64,000 nucleotides of DNA, from positions 21,390,001 through 21,454,000 of the forward strand of contig NC_043022.1 in NCBI RefSeq assembly GCF_006345805.1, in the 5' to 3' direction. The position numbers were made by a program, and so were the translations under genes. Source of the DNA: Octopus sinensis. Its lineage: Eukaryota. Below the pieces are notes generated by a model. The model saw only the letters and a program-made list of their open reading frames with translations. It was not told the origin of the DNA and searched no databases. Below are positions 10,722 to 24,420 of this stretch, piece by piece. How positions within the stretch are numbered: the first letter of the stretch is position 1; every line of letters starts with the position of its first letter.

Positions 10722-13307
10722 CATCATCATCATCATCGTCGTTTAACGTCCGTTCTCCATGCTAGCATGGGTTGGACGGTTCGACCGGGGTTCTGGGAAG
10801 CCAGAAGGCTGCACCAAGCTCCAGTCTAATTTGGCAAGTTTCTACAGCTGGATGCCCTCCTAACGCCAACCACTCCGTGAGTGTAGTGGGTGCTTTTTAC
10901 GTGCCACCTGCAGGTGCCAGGCCAGGCGGGGCTGGCAACGGCCACGGTCAGATTGGGTATTTTATGTGCCACCGGCACGGAGAGCCAGTCGAGGCGGTGC
11001 TGGCATCGGCCACGAGTCGGATAGTGCTTTTTACGTACCACCAGACCAGGGATCCTGGCTGGTTCAATTCGATTTCGATTTCGCTTGCCCCAACATGTCT
11101 TCACAAGCAAAGGGGGTTGGCAAGGGTGCCTGTCGTACGGTCGCATTGGAGTATTTTACGTGCCACGGCCACAAGTCGGATAGTGCTTTTTACGTACCAC
11201 CAGACCAGGGATCCTGGCTGGTTCAATTCGATTTCGATTTCGCTTGCCCCAACATGTCTTCACAAGCAAAGGGGGTTGGCATGGGTGCCTGTCGTACGGT
11301 CGCATTGGAGTATTTTACGTGCCACGGCCACGAGTCGGATAGTGCTTTTTACGTACCACCAGGCCAGGGATCCTGGCTGGTTCAATTCGGTTTCGATTTC
11401 GATTTCGCTTGCCCCAACATGTCTTCGCAAGCATGGGGGTTGGCATGGGTGTCTGTCGTCGGATGAGGTTCTATATCGACTTCGCTTGCCTCAACCAGTC
11501 TTTGTGTCCAAGGGAGGAAAGGCATTCATAAGTGGGCTGGGCTCACTTGTCCTGCCTGGTCTTCTCACGTACAGAATATTTCCAAAGGTCTCGGTCTCTG
11601 GTCATTTCCTCAGTGAGGCCTAAAGTTCGAAGGTCGTGCTTCACCACCTCGTCCCAGGTTTTCCTGGGTCTACCTCTTCCACGGGTTCCCTCAACTGCTA
11701 GGGATTGGCACTTTCTCACACACCTATCTTCATCCATTCTCGCCACATGACCATACCAGCGCAATCGTCTCTCTTGCACACCACAACTGATGCTTCTTAG
11801 GTACAACATTTCTCTCAAGGTGCTAACGCTCTGTCGAGTATGTACACTGACATTACACATCCATCGGAGCATACTGGCTTCATTCCTCACGAGCTTACGC
11901 ATGTCCTCAGCAGTCACGGCCCATGTTTCGCTGCCATGTAGCATGGCTGTTCGTACACACGCATCATACAGTCTGCCTTTTACTCTGAGCGAGAGGCCTT
12001 TAGTCACCAGCAGAGGTAAGAGCTCCCTAAACTTTGCCCAGGTATTCTTATTCTAGCAGTTACACTTTCAGCGCACCCACCCCCACTACTGACTTGGTCA
12101 CCTAGATAACGGAAGCTATCAACTACTTCTAGTTTTTCCCCCTGGAAAGTGACGGAAGTGTGTTTTCTGCAGATTTTCGGAGGTTAATGCTCCCGAGCAT
12201 CTGCCACATACAAAAACTATCTTCCCAGTTAGCCTACCTTTGACATTGCTGCACCTCTTATGTGTCCATAGCTTACACTGGGTACATCTTATAGAGTTTC
12301 TACCTACACCTTTTCTACAGATCGAGCAGGGCCATCTTCCTGAAGATATTTGTGGATTGTCTACCTTTCTACTTATTAGTACTTTGGTTTTAGCTAGTTG
12401 ACTCTAAGGCCCCTTGATTCTAAACCCTCTTCCACACCTGGAACTTCTCCTCCAGTTCTGATAGTGACTCAGCAATAAGAGCAAGGTCGTCAGCGTAGAG
12501 GAGCTCCCAGGGACAGCCTGTCTTGAATTCCTCCGTAATTGCCTGCTGGAGTACTATGATAAATAGGAGGGGGCTGAGTACTGAACCCTGGTGGACCCCA
12601 ACCTCTACTTGAATTCTTCTGTGTACATGTGCCAACCCTAACCTTACTTACGGCATCTCTGTACATGGCTTGCACAGTCCTCACCAGCCATTCATCTATC
12701 CCTAGTTTCCTCATTGACCACCAGATAAGGGATCGGGGACCCTATCAAAAGCTTTCTCCATGTCAACGAAAGCCAGGTACAGGGGCTTATCTTTGGCTAG
12801 GTATTTCTCCTGCAGCTGCCTTACCAGGAATATAGCATCAGTGGTACTTTTCCCTGGCACGAACCCAAACTGCATCTCATCTAAAACTCTCTCTCTAATA
12901 GTTGGGCTATGACCCTCTCCGTAACCTTCATTACTTGATCCAACAGCTTGATACCTCTGTAATTATTGTATCTAGGGCATCACCTTTACCTTTGTAGCAG
13001 TTGACTAGTATGCTGCTGCACCAGTCATTGGGTATGACTCCTTCGTGTATCACCTGGTTGACTATACGGGTGACTAGGTTATAGCCGACACTACAGATAT
13101 TTTGAGCATCTCTGCAGTAATTCCTGATGGGCCTGGGGCTTTCCCTGTCTTCATGCTTTAATTGCCTTAGCTACCACGGAACTATCAATCGGATAGCTGG
13201 TCCCTCTGTAGGGTCAACATTCGGCAGACTCTCTTTATCCCATTCATTTTCCTCATTCAGTAACCTTCATAGTGCGTCTCCAAGCTTCTCTCTTTGCATC
13301 CTCATTT
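10722..13307 (-). mobile_element. RTE-clade LINE, 5'-truncated and frameshifted
   Basis: KAPGPSG, NYRGIKLL, QFGFVPG, AFVDMEKAFDRVP, GVHQGSVLSPLLF, LLYADDL, MLHGSETW, RRLRWYGH, RGRGRPRKTW; long 3' UTR ending in (GAT)n. Confidence 0.92.
11008..11460. repeat. 159-bp tandem triplication inside the RTE 3' UTR
   Basis: Unit starts ggccac(g/a)agtcggatag at 11008, 11167 and 11326. Confidence 0.85.
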
Positions 13308-13309
13308 TA

Positions 13310-14410
13310 GCGTGTGTATGTGTGTATGCCTTCGAAAATCCTGACTCCTCTAGCGACAGCTGATGACGGGGGTTTTGTCCTTGTGTAGCTCGTCCTGTAT
13401 TTGCGTTTTTCGTTCGTTTTTCGTTTTCCGTTTTCTTGTTTTTTGTTTTTTGCTTTTTCCGTTTCTACGTCTTATTGTGAGTCCTGTACTCCCGTATAAT
13501 TATTTATATATGCTGTATATATACATGTAGATGTAGGTACGTAATATATGTTTGTATGTATCATATATTTTTATTTATCTCCTTATGTCTGACAGCGCCC
13601 CGCATCAGGTTCGTTCCGATTCGTCGTTTCGATCCACTTCTTGGTCCCCTTTTTATATATTTATTATATATTGAAGATGCGGTACTCTCTCCCTTTGCTT
13701 TAACCTCTCCAATCTTTCTCCCTCCCACTTCTCCTCTCTCTTCGCCGCGTGTCCCCCCTCCTTCCCTCTTCCTTGCCTATAAAAACAAAATTCCTTTACA
13801 CGTGGTTCCCACTATTGAAAAGACTGCCTCCACGCGACTGCTACTACCCTTTCGTCCTTGCCAGCAAAAGGCTTCTTCATTGGTCCCCTTGTGTGGTTGA
13901 TTCTGTATAGTATTCCTGTTATTTCTCGTTTTGTAACTAATTGTACTTTTTGTACATGTATTTTTATTTTTGCAGTTTTATTGTTTGTCTATGCCAGAAA
14001 AAGGCTTTTTGGTTCGTCCTCTTGTGTTTGTTTTTGTACATGTATTTAATTTGCAGTCTTATTGTTACGTCTTGTTTGTGTTCGTACTCATTTTGCCCCG
14101 CTGCTTGAATTTTATTTATTCTCTCGCAGGAAGGCCTATTGGATTAGTGTTCTGTTATGCCTTCGAAACATGCCTGACTCCTCTAGCGACAGCTGATGAC
14201 GGGGGTTTTGTCCTTGTGTAGCTCGTCCTGTATTTGTTTTTCGTTTTCTTGTTTTTCGTTTTCCGTTTTCTTGTTTTTTGTTTTTTGGCTTTTTCCGTTT
14301 CTACGTCTTATTGTGATGTCCTGTACTCCGTATAATTATTTATATATGCATGTATATATACATGTAGATGTAGGTACGACATATATGTTTGTATGTATGC
14401 ATAATTTTTA
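13310..14410. mobile_element. Unclassified element with ~240-bp direct repeats ending at (TA)n
   Basis: gccttcgaaa...cctgactcctctagcgacagctgatgacggggg...ttatctcc at ~13327 and ~14159; abuts the RTE 5' truncation point. Confidence 0.55.
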
Positions 14411-14426
14411 TTATCTCCTATATATA

Positions 14427-14479
<53 letters not shown>

Positions 14480-15144
14480 TATATACATATATTACATATG
14501 AGTATGTATTTAAATATATACCTACACCACATATGCCCACACACATACATATATATATTTATACATGCATATAAATACACAGACACACATGCACACACAC
14601 ACATATACACATATGCATATATTACAAACACACACACACACACACACATGCACACACCAACACAGGTGCATACACAGCTGTTAGTAAACAGCAACATTAT
14701 GCCTACACCTGTTGATCAACAATAACAGAGAACATACACCAACACAATAAAACCAATATAGAATATTACAGATATATTAAAAACCACTTCAAAGGTTTGA
14801 TTATCTTGTAAATTAAAACATCGAAGTCATGGTGTCTGGCAAATGTCATCTGCCTCACTGAATATCAAGTTGTTTTCATGTTGTTTAGACTGTTATTTAG
14901 CCACAGAGTTATGATCAAAGCTATTCAAACTTTTTGGTATATCTACAACTAGATTATCCCATGTACCAGTCTATTATCACTATTGCCACCCCAATCCAGC
15001 AGACTTATGATAGTGTTCTAGTGTGACCATCCCACCACTTTTGTTTGATTCCGGATAGCACACATAAAACTGGAATATTCAGTTTTTTTTTTCCCCCCAA
15101 AGATGTTAGGGCATGATATGAGAGGAATTTCATTGCTATTTTGA

Positions 15145-15552
15145 CAGGCGCAGGAGTGGCTGTGTGGTAAGTAGCTTGCTCACGAACCACATGGTTCTGG
15201 GTTCAGTCCCACTGTGTGGCACCTTGGGCAAGTGTCTTCTACTATAGCTTTGGGCCAACCAACGCCTTGTGAGTGGATTTGGTAGACGGAAACTGAAAGA
15301 AGCCCGTCGTATATATGTATATATATATGTGTGCATGTCTGTTTGTGTGTCTGTGTTTGTCCCCCCAACATTGCTTGACAACTGATGCTGGTGCGTTTAC
15401 ATCCCCGTAACTTAGCGGTTCGGCAAAAGAGACCGATAGAATAAGTACTGGGCTTACAAAGAATAAGTCCCAGGGTCGAGTTGCTCGATTAAAGGTGGTG
15501 CTCCAGCATGGCCGCAGTCTAATGACTGAAACAAGTAAAAGAGTAAAGAGTA
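15145..15552 (+). mobile_element. SINE family A, full length
   Basis: Consensus match, gagtaaaa tail. Confidence 0.85.
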
Positions 15553-15640
15553 AGTCAACCATCAGCATAGAACAGCAATTCCTGATTTTTCCCATTGGCA
15601 GTCATCTTGGTAAAGAAATAATCCTCTAGGAGCCCCTTGT

Positions 15641-15867
15641 TTAACCCATTAGCATATAAACCGGCCATATCCGGCCAAAATATTCTCCCGTTTTATGTTC
15701 AAACTCACCAGATCTGGCCTCTCACACCAGCCCTACTGCATAATTCTAAAAATGAATAGTTACTTCATCAAAATCTCAAAGCTACAAGATAATGCAGGAT
15801 TAATTTAGAACAATGTGAATAAATAAGCATTACTTTTGATAGAATAATGCAAATACTAAAGGATTAA
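15641..15867. mobile_element. TTAA-flanked (piggyBac-type) MITE
   Basis: ttaacccattagcat ... atactaaaggattaa imperfect TIRs. Confidence 0.65.
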
Positions 15868-16022
15868 ATATGTAAAACAATTTCCCAAAATTTGAGGTAC
15901 AAGGGTGGCTGTGTAGTAAGGAGCTTGCTTCCCAGCTACATGGCATCTTGAGCAAGTGCCTTCTGTTGTAACCTCACCAATCTTAAACTAGCTTTCGACA
16001 TGGGTGACCACACATCCCTCTG

Positions 16023-16331
16023 TGGAGGCACATGACCTAGTGGTTAGAGCAGTGGACTCGCGGTTGAGGGATCGCGGGTTCGAATCTCAGACCGGGCGAT
16101 GTGTGTGTTTATGAGCGAAACACCTAAGCTCCACGCGGCTCCGGCAGAAGGTAATGGCGGACTTCTGCTGACTCTTTCGCCACAACTTTCTCTCACTCTT
16201 TTCTCTTGCATCTTGCAGCTCACCTGCGATGGACCGTCGTCCCGTGCAGGTGGAGAACCTATACGCCAAGAAACCGGGAAACCGGCCCTTATGAGCCAGG
16301 CATGGCTCGAGAAGGAACAAAACAAAACAAA
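16023..16331 (+). mobile_element. tRNA-derived SINE 'family E'
   Basis: A-box tgacctagtgg and B-box ggttcgaatct; (CAAAA)n tail; head shared with 27713 and 61163. Confidence 0.75.
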
Positions 16332-17726
16332 CCACACATCCGTCTGGAAAATTCTCATGCTCATCAGTGCACCTTCCAGAAACTCCACACTGTTCCAATG
16401 GCTCTATAATATAACCTATACTTATATTTTTTGTACCAGGCTCCAATCTGATTTGGCTTGGTTTCTATGGCTGGAATGCCTTTCCTAACACCAGCCCCTC
16501 CAATAGTGTGGTGGATACCTTTTGCATGTCACCAGCACAGGTGCCTTTTATGCCTCACTGGTACTGGCCACAACTATCATTTCACTTGGTTTGACATGGC
16601 TTCCCAAGCACAGCAAATCGCCACCAAATGTCTCAATCACTTGTCATCACCTCAATGAAATTCAACATCCAAAGATCATGCTTTACCACCACATCCCATG
16701 TCCTCCTGGGTCTATTTCTTCCACAGGTTCCTCCCATTTTTTAAAAACATTTCAATTGATCGTTAAATATCCGTAATGAATAACAGCATTCATAGACTGA
16801 GTATTCCATTGCTGTTACTAACCAAGGTCACCAGTGGTCTGATTTCAAATGTTTGTAACAATCCAACTGATTATTTGTAATATAATTGCTCAAAGAACCA
16901 AAACGAGGAAACTAGGAACAATTGTAAAGACCCAGCTATTAATAACGAATTACCCATACACATGTAATGTGTGTGTGTGTGTGTGTAATATATATGTATT
17001 CATATGTATATGGTAAAATCTATTTCTGGGATAAATTCAGATGACACACCCCATTTTTAGATATAGGTTACATGATAAAAACCAACAAATGCCCTATATA
17101 TGCACAGCGATAGTGAATGTCACCCTGGGTATAAAATATCTACAGTGAAATCTCTTACAGAGATAGACCTTTAAATTTTTCAACCACAAAAACAAAAAAA
17201 AGACACTTTAGATATTGAGATTATGAAATTCCCCAACACTAATTAATAACCAATACTTGAACATGTTAAAAAATCATGTAAAAAGATCGGTATATTCTAA
17301 ATGGCGGTGCTCCAGCATGGCCACAGCTTGTGAGCTGAAACTAAATAAAATAAAAAAAATAAAATAAATAAACTGTAGAACAACAATGACAACAACAACC
17401 TCATCATCATCATTGTTGGTGATGTCGTTATCATCATCATCATCATTGCCAGTATCAGCATCCATTTTCCCCATGTTTACATGGATCAAGCAAAATTCAT
17501 CAAGGCCCATTTTCTACAGCCAACGGCCTTCCCTAACCCTAACCCTTACCTATTTCCAAACAAGGTAATATTTCTCACTGGCTTGGCATGTTTTCACATC
17601 AGATTGATAACAAAGTATGTGTGTGCGTGTGCATGCATGAGTGTGTGAGTGTGCACATGCACACATGCATACATATTTGTATGTATACGTGTTTGTCAGT
17701 GTCAGTTACATCCCATAATATATGAT

Positions 17727-17895
17727 TAACCCTTTACTATTTTTTTTTACCATATTTTTGTTGAAATATACTCTATTTGCTTCAGTTAATTTTTGTATCA
17801 AATATTGAAGAATTCAGTAAAATAATTTTGTCATAATTAAACTGATCTTAGGAATATAAATCAACATGAAATTTTGATGTAAGGTTTTTAATCTA
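17727..17895. mobile_element. Partial TTAA-MITE related to 54160-54757
   Basis: Starts ttaacccttt; shares the agtaaaata... internal segment. Confidence 0.5.
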
Positions 17896-17927
17896 TATCA
17901 GTCTAAAACAAGAAGTTTATATCATAG

Positions 17928-18340
17928 AAGTAGGAGTGGCTGTGTGGTAATTAGCTTGCTTACCAACCACATGGTTCCGGGTTCAGTCTCACTGTGTGGC
18001 ACCATGAGCAAGTGTCTTGGGCCGACCAAAGCCTTGTGAGTGGATTTGGTAGGCGGAAACTGAAAGAAGCCCGTCGTATATATGTATATATGTGTGTGTG
18101 TGTGTATATGTGTTTGTGTGTCTGTGTTTGTCCCCCCAACATCGCTTGACAACCGATGCTGGGATGTAAACACACCAGCATCGGGACGTAAACACAAGGT
18201 TCGGCAAAAGAGACTGATAGAATAAGTACTAGGCTTACAAAGAATATGTCTTGGGGTCGATTTGCTCGACTAAAGGCGGTGCTCCAGCATGGCCACAGTC
18301 AAATGACTGAAGCAAGTAAGAGAGTAAGAGAGTAAGAGTA
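17928..18340 (+). mobile_element. SINE family A
   Basis: Consensus match with an internal deletion. Confidence 0.85.
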
Positions 18341-18464
18341 TATCGTAAAACCAGAGGAGATCTCAAACAGTTTTGTATCAGAAGGTTTAAAGAGCTTTAT
18401 GTTAAAATATCAAATGAAGTAATAATTCAGATTATGTCTTTGTCAGTCAATATTCAGTTAGGAC

Positions 18465-18680
18465 AGAGTGGAAAGCTGGCAGAATTGCTAGCAAGCTGGG
18501 CAAAATACTTAGTGGCATTTCATCCTTCTCTATGTTCTGAGTTCAAATTCCACCAAGGTCAATTTTTACTTTCGTTCTTTCAGGGTTGATAAAATAATTA
18601 CCAGTTGAGTACTTATTTTATCAACTTACCCCTGCTCCAAAATTGCTGGCCTTGTGCCAAAAATTTGAAACCAATATTCA
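18465..18680 (+). mobile_element. SINE family B, diverged
   Basis: Head and core recognisable; ccttgtgccaaaaatttgaaacc tail. Confidence 0.7.
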
Positions 18681-19273
18681 GGTATGTGAAATGGAAAATA
18701 GAGTAAACACGCACACAAACTCCACAAAATAGCAGGATTAAATAAAAGTGCAGAGTCAAATGTAATTACACCATGAAGGAAAGGTAACGAAGAGGGTGTG
18801 GATTTCGTTTTCAGTTCATTTACTTTTCTTGCTCCAGTTTTTGCTCAAGTCTTGGATATTCTATCCAACCAGGCAAAAAATGCTGATGCTTAATTGCTTA
18901 TATCATGCATCCTAAATATCTTAATCTAGACTACATCCTTATATTACCTTTGGGTTTGAGATTAAGTTACTGAACCATTAATAACAACAGTGTTTGAGTT
19001 AAGCAGAGAAAGAATTATACACAGTACAAGCGTATTTCTACTTGAATTGATGATAACTGAGTTTAAACTGAATTTTTAAAAAAATGTTTTTTAAAAAAAA
19101 CATCTAAAACATTTATTGACAAACCATTCCAAGCCACCTATAAATAATGGTGCTTCAGCTTCATAATATAGAAGGTGAACTAAAAACAAACATTATTGAA
19201 ATAATTCTATTATGAAACATAATGGCCTTTTTTTAATCATTTTAGTCAAGTGAAAGGGCAATATCCATGCCTT

Positions 19274-19308
<35 letters not shown>

Positions 19309-19382
19309 GGAGGTGATGGGGGTGTGGGGGTGTGGCTGTCATTGTCATTGATATCATAATAATAATAATAATAATAATAATA

Positions 19383-19880
19383 ATCCTTTCTACTATAGGC
19401 ACAAGGCCTGAAATATTGGAGGAAGGGGATAGTCTCGATCATATCGATTCCAGTGCTCAACCGGTACTTATTTTATCGTCCCCGAAAGGGCGAATGGCAA
19501 AGTCGACCTCAGCGGAATTTGAACTAAGAATGTAAAGATGGAGGTAATGCAGCTAAGCATTTTTGTCCTGCATCCTAACAATTCTGCCAGCTCACCACTT
19601 TAATAATAACAATAATAATAATAATAATAATAATAGTAATAATAATAATAATAATAATAATGATGATGATGATGATAATAATAATAATAATAATAATCCT
19701 TTCTACTATAGGCACAAGGCCTGAAATTGAGGAAGGGAGCAGTTTATTACATCAAACCAGTATGTGACTGGTACTTATTTCATCAACCCCAAAAGGATGA
19801 AAGTTGACCGCAGCAGAATTAGAACTCAGAACGTGAAGACAGATGAAATACCATTAAGCATTCCACCCAGCTCACCTCCT
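19383..19880 (-). mobile_element. Two SINE family B copies separated by (AAT)n
   Basis: Both begin on + with tcctttctactataggcacaaggcctgaaa (19384 and 19697). Confidence 0.7.
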
Positions 19881-19882
19881 TC

Positions 19883-19956
<74 letters not shown>

Positions 19957-20014
19957 AAGAAGAAGAAGAAGAAGAAGAAGAAGAAGAAGAAGAAGAAGAA
20001 TGATAATGATAATA

Positions 20015-20071
<57 letters not shown>
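19883..20071. repeat. Compound (AAT)n-(GAA)n-(AAT)n microsatellite
   Basis: Direct reading. Confidence 0.95.
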
Positions 20072-20074
<3 letters not shown>

Positions 20075-20624
20075 GCCCTGATGCAGTACCAGGCAGTGGC
20101 TCTCATAGCTTCTTATCTTAACTGATTGGAAGAGTTATCATATACGTTGTTTTGTCTTGGTATAAAAGATGGGCTACAGCAAATATTCTGCTCAATACCA
20201 CAGATTTACTTGTCAGTTCCTTCACCTTAACCAGTTGAGCATGTCCCTTAGTGGCTGATAATATGTGCATCTCTGATCACAAGCAGAAGTAGTAGGGGAG
20301 CATCATAGTCGTGTGTTGAAAGGAATTCTTAGAGGTTTGGATAATTCACCTTTGGAAACATGGTTCGTTCAACATCTTTAAACAATTCTTATTCAGGGAC
20401 CCTTTGAGTGGGATGGGTTACTCGACCTGAAGAAAATTCTAACTGGGCCCCACCTGCAAGGTCATGTACTGTTTATCTTGATATGAGATCACCATGTCAC
20501 GCACATATGGTTGTGATGCATGTGCCTAGTGTACCCTTATCAGACGGGTAGTCATGATGGGTGTACTGAGCTTCGTATATTTTACCCTAGTGTCACTTTG
20601 ATGGCATGCACAGCTCTCACACTC
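20075..20624 (+). mobile_element. Family D, copy 3
   Basis: gccctgatgcagtaccagg ... ctctcacactc, flanked by (AAT)n on both sides. Confidence 0.85.
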
Positions 20625-20631
20625 AATAATA

Positions 20632-20679
<48 letters not shown>

Positions 20680-20937
20680 GTTTCAAGTTTTGGCACAAGG
20701 CCAGCAATTTCTGGGGATGGGATAAGTCAATTAAATTGACCCCAGAACTCAACTGATACTTATTTTATGAACTCTGAAAGGACGAATGGTAAAGCTGACC
20801 ATGGCGAAATTTGAATTCAGAATATGAAGACAGATGAAATGCTGCTAAACATTTTGCCTAATGTGCTAATGATTCTGCCAGATGATAACGACGACAACCA
20901 CGCCGAGGACGCCGCCGCCGCCACCACCACCACCACC

Positions 20938-20972
<35 letters not shown>

Positions 20973-21294
20973 AAAAGAAAGCAGCAGGTGGCAGGGAGTG
21001 GGGAACGTAAAGTGCCTTGTTACAAACAGAGGCAAAATAAACACTAAAACAATTTAATTTGATACACTCAAATGCAAAGTTGCTATAAGACACTGACAAA
21101 ATACTTAATAATAAATCGATATCGCCATCACCACAACCACCACTAACCACCAATACCATTTCTCTCTCACTTTTTTTTAAAAATTCTTTTCTTTATATAT
21201 ATATTTTAAAGACTTTGATTCAATGGTAACAACATAAAACAATAGTAAAAACATTATCTATATTATTTCATTTGTATTTTTGGTGTTGTTCGCT

Positions 21295-21472
21295 CCATAT
21301 ACATACATACACACAAACATATATGTACATACATACATACATACATATATACATACATACACACATACATGCATGCATGCATACATACAGACATACATAC
21401 AAACATACAAACACACACACACATACATACATACATACAAACACACACACATACATACATACAAACACACAC

Positions 21473-21515
<43 letters not shown>

Positions 21516-21925
21516 TACACTGATGTTCAAACATGGCCAATTATTTATTCATATTGATTTGCATAATTTTTCCGTAGCTAGGCGCCTGTTTCAATCTGTC
21601 TTGAGAGAAAGAGGGACACGGAGGAAGGAGGGAGACAGTGATGAAAGAAAAGCAGAGAAGCAGAGAGAGAGAGAGAGAGAGAAAGAAAAAGAGAAAGAGA
21701 GAGAAAAAGAGACAGAGAGAGAGAGAGAGAAAAAAAGAGAGAGAGAGAGAGAGAGAAAAACAATGACAGTGAGAAACAGAAAAAGAGAAAGAGACAGAGC
21801 GACCATGTCAGAATATTTCTATAAAAGGGGAAGCGGGGTTAAAAAACAAAAATCTTGGAGTATGGACAGCTTTTTCCAGTTCCATTCAAATCCATCTCTC
21901 TCTCTCTCTCTCTCTCTCTTTTTCT

Positions 21926-21963
<38 letters not shown>

Positions 21964-21972
21964 CTCAGTCTC
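21295..21972. repeat. Block of (CATA/CA)n, (GA)n and (CT)n microsatellites
   Basis: Direct reading; source of several spurious ORFs. Confidence 0.9.
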
Positions 21973-22449
21973 TATCAATATATCTTCATTGATATATAAA
22001 TATGCGCACGCATGCATGCACGCATGCACACACATATGCCTATATTACTGTGGTGCAATGGAGAATAAGAAAGAGCACAGCAACATATCTCATTCGAGTG
22101 TGACCTGCCTTGAAATTTGCCAAGATGATTGAAACATCCTTTTCTTCAGCAGCAATGATATCATAACGGAGTGATGGTTAGTCTGCCCTGCTGTGGCCAT
22201 GAAGACAGGTCTCTTGGCTCACCCTACCCACACCACAATGCATCATTATTATACATGGGGAAAGAGACAAAAAAAAAAAGCATGGAAAAAAAAACTATCA
22301 AAAGCAAGAACCATGGAATAAATCTGTAGATGACTACTTAGTCTGCTAGATATAGCACTAAATACCCCATGAACCACATTACGTTATCCACACAAAAAAA
22401 AAAAGAACAAAAAAAAATAAAGAAAAAATATATCAGATAAATGTAATTT

Positions 22450-22985
22450 TAAGGCCCTTTGATTCTAGGTTTTGTTTCCATACTTGGAAAATTTTCTCCA
22501 ATTCTACTACAGATTCTGCTGTAAGAATGAGGTTATCAGCATATAGTAGTTCCCACAGGCAGTCAGTTTTTAATTCCTGTTATGGACTGGAGGACTATGA
22601 TGAATAAGAGTGGACTGAGAACTGAGCCCTGGTGAAACCCTACTTGTACACTAGATTCATCAATGTATTCCTGGCCAACTCTTATCCTCCTGACAGCACT
22701 GCTATACATGGCTTGTACAGCTCTAACAAGCCACTTAACTACTCCTAACTTCCTTAGAGATCACCAGATAACAGAGCAAAGGACTCTGTCAAAAGCTTTC
22801 TCCAGGTCGACAAAAGCCAAGAACAATGGTTTACTTTTAGCCAGATACTTCAACCTAGAACGATGGTAACTGTGATACTCTTCTCAGGCACTAAACCGAA
22901 CTGCGTCTCATCTAGTTTAATTCTATTCCTAATCAATTGAGTTATAACTGTCTGTAGCCTGTAGGAGAAATGGTAATATGAGAAA
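22450..22985 (-). mobile_element. Degraded RTE RT fragment
   Basis: Homologous to 12400-12900 (QFGLVP, KAFD, WELLYAD remnants). Confidence 0.7.
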
Positions 22986-24420
22986 TGGTATGAACAACAG
23001 AATGAGAACATGAAGGGTTTAGTTTGAAATTCCAAGAATACTACAGAATACAGCAAGCACCTGGAGAAGGCTCAGGGTATAATGGCCAAAATGATGTGAC
23101 CATAACAATTAAAATGAAGACAGTAATTTAAATACAAATATATCAGTGTATTATCACACTTTGTTCAACATTCTACCACTATATTATTGACAGACATAAT
23201 TAAGACAAATGTTGAAACAAAAGAAATACTTCATGATAAATTCTGTAGAATCTATCATGAGGCTTGCAACAGAATTTATCTTCAGTAGGCTTTGGCCTTG
23301 GTCATTCTCAAAAATAAATCTATATGTACATATAGATGAAAACTGTGAAACAGTAGAATCCAGGGAAACTGGTGATGGTCTGCTTTGGCAAATAGTAAGC
23401 ACAAGAAGTTTACAGAGTGGAATTAATGTGCATTCCACGAAAAAGGAACTGTCTGACATCTTCATTAGAACACTTTGTCAGAAAGTAATTATTGTAAACA
23501 GTTCATCTCTGACAGAGGGTTGGACTTAATATGTTAGACTTCCCTTCTTTGTTACAACAATAAACATTTATTTCACTCTGTGAACTTTTTCTAGATGTGT
23601 CAAGCAATTCTACAGAGGTTACTAACCTACCTGCAGTTCCAATAGGAAATCAAAGTAGGAGATCAGTCCAAAATATAAAGAAATTCTTACCTGCAAAGAG
23701 AAAAAGATATACATTTAAGATTGCAAGAAAGCTAAATATGAAATGATATTTAGTCAAAGAAAAAATATAATACATGATTGCTAGAACTGCAAGAAACAGC
23801 TGATAAATTTCCCTCAAACCAAATAATAAATTTTAATAATACATTCCAAGATATGTCAAAAAGCAAAATAGAATGTTCACAGGTGGACCAGAACTGACCT
23901 TGGGCTAAATAACAATTAGGCAAACAAAATGCAGTTTCTATTATATAATAATTACACTATATATACAACTTATACACACACACACACACACACAAATCCA
24001 ATCTATTAGTGGCACAGTGAAGATTTGTGAGACATTCCAGAAATTCTCTATGAGAAATTCTTATGTGAATAAATGCATACACTTGAGTGTATGCATCGAC
24101 AGTTCAACCAACACATCAAAGCAACCACATATTTACAAACAGCAAGAATTCTCTTAAACTCAAAAAGTCTTGTTGCTATGTTAGTGACCGACTTGAACTC
24201 TCTCAAGTAGAAACTTAAAATTAAGCTCAAAGGGAAAACATACATATACACAGAGATACATAATACACACATACATATATGGCTGTGTGAATAAGAAAAT
24301 CACTTCACAAACATAGAGTACCTTCGACAAGTGTCTTCATTACTGCTGGAGGCTAACTGATAGTTTAAGAGTGCAAGAGTACTATAGATGAAAACTGTAT
24401 TATACTGGTTACACATACAC

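Noticed and set aside
10772-11623. 283-aa and 166-aa ORFs with internal repeats
   Set aside because: Antisense readings of the triplicated RTE 3' UTR.
14159-14206. Type II hammerhead from gccttc-GAAA-catg...cag-CTGATGA-cggggg
   Set aside because: No U16.1-H17 site and no proper stem III; the other copy (13327) lacks the catg segment.
16023-16100. tRNA genes at SINE heads (also 27713, 42517 and family A heads)
   Set aside because: A/B boxes are present but I could not form a full cloverleaf, and each continues into a SINE body.
880-17550. TAACCC telomere-like repeats (886, 2390-2415, 17534)
   Set aside because: Only 1-3 units, embedded in interspersed repeats; not an interstitial telomere array.
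20075-20110. Resemblance of the family D 5' end to the U2 snRNA 3' end (tgcagtacc...agg)
   Set aside because: Only ~9 contiguous identities; not distinguishable from chance by eye.
23184-23529. Overlapping 93-aa (-) and 106-aa (+) ORFs in unique DNA
   Set aside because: No recognisable domain and no convincing splice boundaries; lengths are compatible with chance.
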